The notes beneath the pieces are model-generated. The model was not told the DNA's origin, ran no database searches, and saw only the letters and a program-made list of their open reading frames with translations. A program made the position numbers and the translations under genes. Positions 24,448 to 32,155 of a stretch of DNA of 32,155 nucleotides are shown piece by piece. Source of the DNA: Thermoplasmata archaeon (GTDB taxonomy: Archaea; Thermoplasmatota; DTKX01; DATEUP01); the NCBI GenBank assembly GCA_041487695.1, contig JBGPNV010000003.1, positions 1-32,155 of the forward strand. Reading direction: 5' to 3'. The first letter of the stretch is position 1; the number at the start of each line of letters is the position of its first letter.

Positions 24448-26733
24448 GTGCAAACGTCCGTACGCCTGTGCCAAAGCCTGTCGATCGCCCTTTTGATGTT
24501 CGGCCTCGGCCTTGCCGCCCTCGCGCTGCCGACCGCCGCCGAAACCATCGACCTCTCGCCCTCGAAGGACCCGAGCGCCTACATCCCAGGCGAAGCCGTG
24601 ACGATCACGGTGGGCGGCATGTCCACCACGGTCGCCTACGACCTCTTTGTGCGCCACTCGAACGGGACCGACCTCATGGAGATGTACAACGTCTCGTCCA
24701 CGCAGACGGGCACCTACGTATGGCCCGTTGTGATCCCCACCGATTGGGACGGCACGTACTATGTCTACGCGTACCGCAACGGGAGCTTGTTCCCGGCGCG
24801 CACCAGTTCCTTCACGGTCAACCTCTTTGACCTCAACGCCGAGGCGAACCACCGCGTGTACCTGCCGGGCGACACCGTCACGGTCTTCTACTTCACGCAG
24901 CGGGTCGACAACCAGCGCCCGCTTGACAGCGGCAGCGGAAGGTGGCGCCTCCAGATCCAGCGCGACAACGGCTCGGGGTTCGTCACCGACAACCTCGGCG
25001 AGGCCGTGACCGCCACGCAGGGCAGCTTCTCGTTCACCCTGCCGGCCACGACGCGCTCGAACAGCTACACCCTCGTGCTCACCTACAACGACACGACCAA
25101 CATGCACTCGGAGACGGCGACGGTCACCATTTACGTCGGCACGTTCAACCTCGCCGTGTCGGTCGACCGGTACCCCGCGGTGTACCAGTCCGGCGACAGC
25201 GTCGTGGTCTCGGTAAGCGCCACGACGAGCTACTACTACTCGGACCCCACGGCCGGCGTCGTCGTGACGACAAGGGTCGAGAAGTACGACCCAGGCAACG
25301 CGACCTGGAGCAATGACACCTCGTACACGGTGCTCGGGCAGACCACGAGCCAGCAGGGCACGGTCTCCTTCATTGTGACGCTCCACCAGGGAATTGCCGA
25401 CGACACGATCCTGCGCATTTTCGTGTCGGCCGCGCACGGCGGCGCCACCCAAGAGGCCTCGGCGCAGTTCACGATCCGAGCGGCTACGGGCTTCTCGATC
25501 GACCTGAAGCTCGACAAGACCCAGTACAAGCCCGGCGAAACAATCAACGCGAGGCTCGTGTTCGTCACGACGAACACCACGCTCATCACGGGCGCGATGT
25601 ACCACTGGCGCGTCACGAACTCGAACACGAACGCGGTCCTTATGGAGGACTACCTCGCGGGCACCTCGACCGGTTCGGAGAAGACCGTGCAGATCCCCTC
25701 GGACTTCATCGGCCAGATCTACGTGGCGGTCACCGTCTTCACCCCCGATGACCAGACCTACAACCGGGGCGAGTACGCGAACGTGTTCTCCTACGCGATG
25801 CTCATGAACCCGCTGAAGAACGCCTACAACCCGGGCGAGACGATGCAGGTCGACGTGACGCTCGTGACGGACCGCGACTGCGGCGCCGGCGGAGCGACCT
25901 TCATCTTCATCGTGACGCCGAACGCGGGCGGCGACCCGATCGCGAACGGGACGCTCACGCCCGGCGGCAAGACCGCACGGATCACCTTCGTGATCCCCGG
26001 CGAGCCGGACGACCGGTACGATGTCAATGTCGCGGCCTCCTGCGGAGGCCTCGTGGCGCAGGACTCGACGAGCGTCTCGCTCGCGAAGTACCTCGCCCTT
26101 TCGATCAGCATCCCGGACAAGTCCTTCAAGCCGGGCGAGAGCGTGACGGTCCACTACAAGTTCGTCACCGTGGGCGGCGCGACGATGCCGGCCACGACAA
26201 CGATCACCGTGTCGCTCTACGGCGGCGCCGGTTCCCTGCCTGGCGGGAACAACGTCGGTACGCGCCAGTACGACGTGAGCGCGATGGAAGGCGACCTGAC
26301 CTTCGTCGTGCCCTCGACGACGGCGGCCGACGGCGACCTGCTCGTCATCGCGTCGGCAGGCAGCGCAGGCTCGAGCAGCGCCACACTCTTCACGCGCCCC
26401 TCGGGCGGCGCCTCGCCGGTCTCGGCGGCGGCAAGCACAGCCAACCTTGGCGTGATCGTGGCGGTGCTCGCGCTCTTCGTCGGCGTGGTCGCCCTGATGC
26501 GCAGGCCGCGCCCGCCGATGGGCACGATGGGCGGCGGCGAGTCGGGCCACGCGCCTTCGAGCTTCTCGGACATGAAGCCGGAGTCGCCGAAGAAGGCGGA
26601 GGGCAAGGGAGGGGACCACAGCACCGCAGTGGATGTCCTGCCCTTCGGCAGCGCCCCGGAGCCTATTCCCCGCTTGGATCGGGTCATCATTGACAACCCG
26701 CCCGCTGGCTCCCAGCCGCCCAAGTCCCTCTAA
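24448..26733 (+). CDS. Membrane-anchored surface protein with six macroglobulin (MG2)-like Ig repeats
   Basis: Signal peptide, six Y/F-x-(P/S)G-(E/D)-x-(V/I/M) motifs about 100 aa apart, C-terminal TM and tail. TTTAAT TATA at ~24407. Confidence 0.85.
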   Translation: MQTSVRLCQSLSIALLMFGLGLAALALPTAAETIDLSPSKDPSAYIPGEAVTITVGGMSTTVAYDLFVRHSNGTDLMEMYNVSSTQTGTYVWPVVIPTDWDGTYYVYAYRNGSLFPARTSSFTVNLFDLNAEANHRVYLPGDTVTVFYFTQRVDNQRPLDSGSGRWRLQIQRDNGSGFVTDNLGEAVTATQGSFSFTLPATTRSNSYTLVLTYNDTTNMHSETATVTIYVGTFNLAVSVDRYPAVYQSGDSVVVSVSATTSYYYSDPTAGVVVTTRVEKYDPGNATWSNDTSYTVLGQTTSQQGTVSFIVTLHQGIADDTILRIFVSAAHGGATQEASAQFTIRAATGFSIDLKLDKTQYKPGETINARLVFVTTNTTLITGAMYHWRVTNSNTNAVLMEDYLAGTSTGSEKTVQIPSDFIGQIYVAVTVFTPDDQTYNRGEYANVFSYAMLMNPLKNAYNPGETMQVDVTLVTDRDCGAGGATFIFIVTPNAGGDPIANGTLTPGGKTARITFVIPGEPDDRYDVNVAASCGGLVAQDSTSVSLAKYLALSISIPDKSFKPGESVTVHYKFVTVGGATMPATTTITVSLYGGAGSLPGGNNVGTRQYDVSAMEGDLTFVVPSTTAADGDLLVIASAGSAGSSSATLFTRPSGGASPVSAAASTANLGVIVAVLALFVGVVALMRRPRPPMGTMGGGESGHAPSSFSDMKPESPKKAEGKGGDHSTAVDVLPFGSAPEPIPRLDRVIIDNPPAGSQPPKSL

Positions 26734-26758
26734 GGCTCAAGGGCCCCCTTTCCCTTCC

Positions 26759-26790
26759 CCCTGGCCGCAAGGCCGGGGTCCCTTTCTTTT
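26759..26790 (+). terminator. GCAA-tetraloop hairpin followed by pyrimidine/T tract
   Basis: CCCTGGCC-GCAA-GGCCGGGG then TCCCTTTCTTTT, just after the stop at 26733. Confidence 0.5.
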
Positions 26791-26899
26791 CCGTAACGCT
26801 TGACGGCAACCGATTCGACACAACGGGCGGTAAGCACCGCACGTTCAAGGGTTAGGCGTCCCTAGATTGTTGCCTTGCCAGCGATGGCAGGATCATTCC

Positions 26900-27754
26900 G
26901 TGGAAGCCTCCGACGAGCAGAACCTGCGCCTGCCGGCCGCACTCACAGGCGTCTTCGTCGTCGGGCTCCTCCTCGGCGTTGCCGGCGGCGGGCTCCTTGC
27001 GCGCGCCCCGGCGGCCTCACCGGGCCCCGACACCTCCGGCCTTGCGGGGGAGGTCGCCAGGCTCAATGCGACGGCTGCGGCCCTGAACGCGTCGCTCCTT
27101 GAGGCGCAGCGGACCGCGGCCTTCGCAGCCAACGAGGCGGGCGTAAGCGAGCTCGCCGCAAGGCTCGCGGAGGTCGAGGGGCTCCTTAGCGAGAGCCGTA
27201 AGACGGACGCCTTCGAGCCGCTGAAGACTCTTGTGGCCGCGGCGACCCATACGCCCTGGGCGCCGGTCCTGAACACGAGCGTGCGGCCGGTGCGTGAGAA
27301 TGCGAGCCGGCTCCTCGAGGCCATGATGTACGGCAACGACTCGGAGGTCGCGCCGGCGCTTGGCACGCTGCGCCATGCCGAAGACGCCTTTGACGCGGAC
27401 GCTCGGCTCCTCTACCTGCCCTTCCACGGGGCCAATCCCGAGGGCGCGGCCGTCGAGCTCACCGAGAACATGACCGGGATCTACCTCCGGAAATCCGGGG
27501 CCGCGCCCGAGCGGGCGCCCACGCTCCACCTCGCGCGGGGCGCGACGATGATGGTTGAGGCGACGAACAACGACGTGATCGTCCACAACTTCGCGGTTCC
27601 AGACCTCACGGCGATCACGCGCGCAATCCAGCCCGGCGAGACCGTTGGGCTCCTCGTGAAGGCCACCGCGGTCGGCAACTACCGCTTCTTCTGCGATATC
27701 CCGGGGCACGACGCCACGATGTTCGGTTACCTGAACGTCGGGCCCGCAGCCTGA
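26900..27754 (+). CDS. Membrane-anchored cupredoxin with coiled-coil stalk (type-1 Cu site)
   Basis: N-terminal TM, coiled coil, and C-terminal VHNF...YRFFCDIPGHDATMFG supplying His/Cys/His/Met ligands. Confidence 0.85.
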   Translation: MEASDEQNLRLPAALTGVFVVGLLLGVAGGGLLARAPAASPGPDTSGLAGEVARLNATAAALNASLLEAQRTAAFAANEAGVSELAARLAEVEGLLSESRKTDAFEPLKTLVAAATHTPWAPVLNTSVRPVRENASRLLEAMMYGNDSEVAPALGTLRHAEDAFDADARLLYLPFHGANPEGAAVELTENMTGIYLRKSGAAPERAPTLHLARGATMMVEATNNDVIVHNFAVPDLTAITRAIQPGETVGLLVKATAVGNYRFFCDIPGHDATMFGYLNVGPAA

Positions 27755-28198
27755 TCAGCGCACAACGAGCACCGGGCAAGGCGCAAGGCGCACGACTTTC
27801 TCGGCAACGGAGCCGAGCAGGACGCGCGCGATTCCCGTGCGCCCGTGGGAGCCCACGACGATGAGTTTGGGGTGGATCTCCTCGGCCTCCTGCACGATGG
27901 CCACCGCGGCATCGTGGCCCTCGAGCACCTTGGCCTCGAAGGGGACCTTCGCGTTCTCGGCTTCGCGGACGGCCTGCGAGAGCGTGCTGCGGGCGTCCTC
28001 GCGCAGCTTCGGGAGCGCCGAGTACCAGTAGGTCGCGGCCGCCCCGGTCCCGCCCGAGCCGCCGTAGACGAGCACGTTGGCGATCTCCACGGAGGCGCCC
28101 ATCGCCTTGGCGATTCGAAGGCCAAGCCGCGCGGCCTCCAGCGAGGGCTTGGAGCCGTCAACGGCGATGAGGATGACATCTTGCGTTCTTCGAGGCAT
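27755..28198 (-). CDS. Universal stress protein
   Basis: ILIAVDGS, LIVVGSHGRTG and LLGSVAEKVVRLAPCPVLVVR. Confidence 0.95.
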   Translation of the reverse strand: MPRRTQDVILIAVDGSKPSLEAARLGLRIAKAMGASVEIANVLVYGGSGGTGAAATYWYSALPKLREDARSTLSQAVREAENAKVPFEAKVLEGHDAAVAIVQEAEEIHPKLIVVGSHGRTGIARVLLGSVAEKVVRLAPCPVLVVR

Positions 28199-28330
28199 GG
28201 GGGTTCCCGGCCTGCCATGCGCCGCCCACCCCAAAAAGGCGCGGCCCTTAGGCCTCTCACCGCCACCCCCGCATCTTTTTATGGGGCCCCCCCTCTCGGG
28301 GCGGAAGGCGCCCCCCAAAGGGGCCCCCGC

Positions 28331-28404
28331 GGGCTCATGGTCTAGCTGGTCATGACGCGACTTTCACAAGGTCGAGGTCGCCGGTTCGAATCCGGCTGAG
28401 CCCA
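28331..28404 (+). tRNA. tRNA-Val(CAC)
   Basis: Acceptor GGGCTCA/TGAGCCC, anticodon stem CGACT/GGTCG with CAC at 28365-28367, T arm GCCGG-TTCGAAT-CCGGC. Followed by TTCTTTT. Confidence 0.96.
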
Positions 28405-28467
28405 TTCTTTTCCTCCGTCCCCCGTGCGTTGGGTTTTACGCGGCCCTCTGCGGTTGGCGGGAAGAGG

Positions 28468-29418
28468 TCAGGGCTCAAGCGGGGCGCGGGCGTGGGGGTT
28501 CTGGCGCCTCCATTCGGCCGCCGGATGATCGCGGATGTTCGGATTGACTGGAACCTTTCCAAAGAGAAGACCCGGCTCGTACTTGCCGGATTCCAAGAGG
28601 CGGCCGAACTTTTCCTCCGCCTGATCGAGGGCCAGGAGCCCCTTCAGGTGAGGCAGGACGCCTGCCACGAGCGCCTTCCCGTCGGGGCGTTTCCCGCGGC
28701 GTAGCAAGGGGAGTAGCCTATTCTGGAACGCCTTCTCATCGAGGCGCTCAATGGCGGAGACATCGACCGTGCGGAGGGTTGCGTCGTCCATAGAGGCGAA
28801 GAAGAGGAAAGCCTTCCGCAGCCGGTCAGGGTCGTGAGGGACCGAGCCGCCGAAGAGGTGGGCCGCATCGAAGACATCGCGGGGCTCGCCCCTCACCGCG
28901 AGCGCCGTCAACTTGCCGCCGTAGGCCTCCTCGACCGAGACGACCCGGACGAGAGGCTCTTCGATTTCGAAGATTGGAGGCAGCACCCTCGCCTCCGTAT
29001 CGTAGAGCGAGAGGCGCTGGAGGAAATTCACGTCCGCCTTGAGCCCGTCTCCACTGCCGTGAGCGTTTTCGTAGAGGAACCTGATGCTCCATCCTGCATG
29101 CTCGTCGAAGACGATGTCAGTGCCATAGCCCAGCGACTTCATGAGCTGTAGCAAGGCGTCCTTGACCCGCGGTTTCTCCTCAAGCATGGTTTCTCGCGGT
29201 ACGGCCCCGACATAGTTCAAGTCGACGTCGACGGAAAGTCGGGGAAGGCCCGCATGGAAGAAATTGATGCAGGTGCCACCTTTCAGGACCAGCCGTGGCC
29301 CGAGGTAAGGGTGGCGCGAAACGTCGGCGAGCAGGAGGGCGAGCCTGTAAGCCCGTTCGAACGCATCTTGGTGGAACCCTTCCTTGCCGGCGACGCGGCG
29401 CAACCACACCGAGTCCAC
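28468..29418 (-). CDS. abiEii: AbiEii/AbiGii-family nucleotidyltransferase toxin (type IV TA)
   Basis: LVLKGGTCIN...PRLSVDVDLNY, K..AL..R..PRDVFD, and C-terminal HP..EWR. GTG at 29418 with GGTGA SD. Confidence 0.92.
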   Translation of the reverse strand: MDSVWLRRVAGKEGFHQDAFERAYRLALLLADVSRHPYLGPRLVLKGGTCINFFHAGLPRLSVDVDLNYVGAVPRETMLEEKPRVKDALLQLMKSLGYGTDIVFDEHAGWSIRFLYENAHGSGDGLKADVNFLQRLSLYDTEARVLPPIFEIEEPLVRVVSVEEAYGGKLTALAVRGEPRDVFDAAHLFGGSVPHDPDRLRKAFLFFASMDDATLRTVDVSAIERLDEKAFQNRLLPLLRRGKRPDGKALVAGVLPHLKGLLALDQAEEKFGRLLESGKYEPGLLFGKVPVNPNIRDHPAAEWRRQNPHARAPLEP

Positions 29419-29425
29419 TCGAGGG

Positions 29426-30196
29426 TCACCCAATGCGCTCAGCCTCCAGGAATCGTGCGGGAACAATCACGCGCCAGCGGCGGACCAGGCGGCCCCCGGC
29501 CCGCGCTTTCGTCCCGAAGTAGGTTGCGCCACGCCCCACCCGGGCATCGAGGAACGCCATGATCGGCGCAGGGGGGTTCCAGCGGTCTGCGTTGCGCTCG
29601 ACCAGGAAGCCAACTTTTCGGTTCAGGGCGGCCTTCCCGAAAAGCCTGAGCATCTCTTCCAGGGCGGGCCAATCAATCGAAGGAAACCCTCGGATCGCCT
29701 GCATTACCTCGTCCAGTCCTCCGCAGTAATCCGGCCGGTCGGCCGCCTGGAGCAGAGTCAGTTCCCGGCTTGCGACTGAAATTTTTTGGCCGGATCGGCG
29801 AAGCGTCACCGACCCGCGGCGTAGCAGCAGGCTCGAGAGGAGCACGGATCTGAACGCCGCTCCTTCGAAGGAAAAATGCGCCGGGCGGCGGGGGGTTCCG
29901 ATAAAGACGGTGCTGAAGGAGGCCGCCTGCGTGACACCGTGCAATTCGAGCGCACTGTGGAAGGATAATGCGTACGGGGCAGCGACTTTGCTGGCGAGCA
30001 CGAACCGATCAGGTCCGTCGCCCTCCCTTTTGGCAACGAAGGCGTATAGGCCGCGGCGAACGGTGACGATGTAACCCCGCTCGCGAAGGTAACGGATGCT
30101 CTCGACCGCGGACCGAAGGCCTACGGCTTTGGCGGCCTCTGCGGTTGTGAAGCATCGCGCATCCGAGAATGCATCAATGAGTTTGGGGAGTGCCAT
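29426..30196 (-). CDS. abiEi: AbiEi-family antitoxin (type IV TA)
   Basis: N-terminal wHTH (FT..EA...L...GYI..VRRGLY), LSFHSALELHG, and E.T.....DRPDYCGGLDEV. Confidence 0.9.
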   Translation of the reverse strand: MALPKLIDAFSDARCFTTAEAAKAVGLRSAVESIRYLRERGYIVTVRRGLYAFVAKREGDGPDRFVLASKVAAPYALSFHSALELHGVTQAASFSTVFIGTPRRPAHFSFEGAAFRSVLLSSLLLRRGSVTLRRSGQKISVASRELTLLQAADRPDYCGGLDEVMQAIRGFPSIDWPALEEMLRLFGKAALNRKVGFLVERNADRWNPPAPIMAFLDARVGRGATYFGTKARAGGRLVRRWRVIVPARFLEAERIG

Positions 30197-30214
30197 TTGT
30201 ATTCCGTCGAGCAA

Positions 30215-30318
30215 ATGGTAGATTTATACCTCTTTGCTAGACACAAATCATAGCGACTCCCGTATTTATTATCTTCTATGATTAACAGATGGGTAAGAAA
30301 TACCTCTTTGGCGCACAA
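30215..30318. promoter_or_regulatory. AT-rich abiE promoter with two imperfect direct repeats (operator candidates)
   Basis: ATACCTCTTTG at 30226-30236 and 30300-30310, each within GGTA-N5/6-TACC..CACAA. Confidence 0.6.
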
Positions 30319-30724
30319 TACTCGAAATTGACCCGCCGCGGGGCCCTCGCCCTACGGCACCTTGTCCCTCAACGTTCCGGGATACGTCAGCCCCGGGACC
30401 GTTGGTGAACGAGGAGGCCCGCCCTGGCCGCTTCCCAATCGTCATCGATGCGGGCCGGGCGCTCCGGGCGTCATCATCGTTCTTGCAACATGCCTAACCA
30501 GCGTTCTTGGATGAGATGTTTTGTCGCGCAACTCTGCTATATGACAGACTTTGGCCACATTACTTCCCATGAATTGAGGGGAGAGCTCTCCGTGGCGAAG
30601 CGCGAGGAATGCTCGGGTCCGAAGTCCCTAGGCCCGCAACTCGAACCGGTTTCCCGGTGGGCCCGGCTGGGCCCATCCTCTTCCTTCGCGAACGGGCCGT
30701 CGTTCAAACGGCCCTCTTTCCGGC

Positions 30725-31489
30725 TCAATACGCGGTCCATCCACCGTCCGCGGTGATGACCGCTCCGTTGACATTGCTCGCCTCGCTGGAGGCCAGGAAG
30801 AGCGCGAGGCGGGCGATCGCGTCCGGGTCCGCAGGACGGGGGCTCGTAGCGAAGCCGAGCTGCATGCGCCGGGCGCCGACCGGGTGGGGTTCACCCATGC
30901 TCTTGGCGATGTTCGTCGCGACCGCTCCGGGGGCGATGGCGTTGGTTCGGATGCCCTTGTCCGCGTACATGTAGGCCATGTTGCGCGTGAGACCGACGAC
31001 GGCGTGCTTGGATGCCGTGTAGGCGGCTCCAGCGCGGCCACCGTGGAGGCCGCCGACGCTCGCGATGTTCACGATGGCACCCTGCCCTTTCTTTAGCATG
31101 TATTGGGCGGCCAGGCGGGACGCGTAGAAGACTCCGTTGAGGTTGACGCCAAGCACGCGTTCCCATTGAGCGTTCGTCGTGGCATCGATGGGCTCCATGT
31201 TGTCCATGATGCCGGCATTGTTGACGAGCACATCCAAGGAACCGTAGGTGTCGGCAGCCGCGGCTATCATGCGGGCCGCGTCCTCTTCCCTGGAGACGTT
31301 GGCCTCGACGCCGGTCGCCGTGCCGTTTTGGCCGCGAATGATCTTCAGGGTCTCGTCCAAGCCCAGGGGATCGAGATCGGCGGCAACGACCTTGGCGCCT
31401 TCTTTTGCGAACAAGACCGCGATGCTGCGACCGATGCCACTTCCGGCGCCTGTGACGACGGCAACCTTCCCTTCGAGCCGGCCGTTCAT
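30725..31489 (-). CDS. SDR family oxidoreductase
   Basis: TGAGSGIG, NNAG, YTASK and VNGAVITADGGW. Confidence 0.94.
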   Translation of the reverse strand: MNGRLEGKVAVVTGAGSGIGRSIAVLFAKEGAKVVAADLDPLGLDETLKIIRGQNGTATGVEANVSREEDAARMIAAAADTYGSLDVLVNNAGIMDNMEPIDATTNAQWERVLGVNLNGVFYASRLAAQYMLKKGQGAIVNIASVGGLHGGRAGAAYTASKHAVVGLTRNMAYMYADKGIRTNAIAPGAVATNIAKSMGEPHPVGARRMQLGFATSPRPADPDAIARLALFLASSEASNVNGAVITADGGWTAY

Positions 31490-31999
31490 GGCATCCGCAC
31501 TCCGCTCCTACTCTTGCGTGCTGTCTTTTGTCCAGGAAGCAACATAGAGCTTTCGTGCTAGCAATCGTCCCCCGCACGTAGGGCTCCACGACCCCGCATC
31601 CGGCTTCGGAAGCCATTGGACGCGGCCGGCCCCCGGGCGGACCTGCAGCCCGCTCTCGACCGCTCGTTGCTTTGATGCCGGCTGTAACGCGGGTACCTTC
31701 AAGGGGCCCGGCGAGAATTAGGAAGCCGAGAAGCCCGGCCAAGAAGGTGCTCGCGGAGGTGCTCGTCGCACTCCAGCAGGAAGGCGGCGGCCCGTAATGG
31801 GATGGCAGGCGGCGCCCACCGTGCGCCTGTTTCGTCTCGCCACCCAACGCCCGTGACCGGCATGCGTTTCGAACCGGCTTTAAGGTGGGCCCGGCTGCGC
31901 CCATTTCCGCTCCTCGAGATTCGGGCTCCCCGCCGACGCAAACCCTGCACGAGGGCACAACCATCGGGCCGGTTCCACGGATGGAGCCGCGCCGCCGGC

Positions 32000-32155
32000 C
32001 TAGAACACCAGCACCTTGTGGGCCCACAGCGTCCACGCCGTCAGTTCGTCGAGGGAACTGCGCCGCGCGGCAGCCGTGAGGTCGCCTTCGGCAAGTCCCC
32101 GCGCGTCCATGCAGGTACCGCACACGCCCACCACGCCTCCTTTCGAGCCCACGGC
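32000..32155 (-). CDS. DsrE/YchN-family protein, 3' part (runs off the window)
   Basis: Manual translation AVGSKGGVVGVCGTCMDARGL...SSLDELTAWTLWAHKVLVF*. Absent from the ORF track because the start lies outside the window. Confidence 0.88.
   Translation of the reverse strand, partial: AVGSKGGVVGVCGTCMDARGLAEGDLTAAARRSSLDELTAWTLWAHKVLVF

Noticed and set aside
24355-26619. 754-aa minus-strand ORF
   Set aside because: Antisense to the well-supported surface-protein gene.
31868-31879. TTCGAACCGGCT as a degenerate attR of tRNA-Val (TTCGAATCCGGCT)
   Set aside because: Only 12 nt with a gap, and the acceptor-stem part is missing. It cannot be told from chance.
31500-31999. Possible gene or ncRNA in the ~500-bp gap between the SDR and DsrE genes
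   Set aside because: The ORFs lack recognisable motifs or good starts, and the short hairpins are expected at this GC content.

Overview
High-GC archaeal DNA, most consistent with a Thermoplasmatota-like euryarchaeon. Supporting signs are an intron-containing tRNA-Met, tRNAs without encoded CCA, TATA-type promoters, archaeal NAC and PGF-CTERM-like tails. The backbone carries a truncated Zn-dependent dehydrogenase, two paralogous helical-repeat proteins flanking two stand-alone CheY-like receivers, DUF309, a small Zn-ribbon protein, SDR-queC, a CopC/CopD copper locus with a divergent membrane protein + wHTH pair, PKD and MG2-like surface proteins, nadC, NAC, a cupredoxin, a USP, a second SDR and a partial DsrE. 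There are three tRNAs: Met-CAT with intron, Gly-TCC and Val-CAC. The most striking feature is an accessory island downstream of tRNA-Gly (about 13.6-19.2 kb). It is built of self-promoted one- or two-gene modules, mostly toxin-antitoxin-like, separated by a conserved ~96-bp non-attC repeat. It also holds a 33-bp duplicate of the tRNA 3' end and a C-terminal tyrosine-recombinase remnant whose 3' end carries the repeat's core motif. This looks like a cassette-accretion (integron-analogous) array. Other notable points are three genes that appear to start at ACG/CTG and an abrupt junction at a palindrome near position 490. All product calls are from motif recognition only; no database searches were run.
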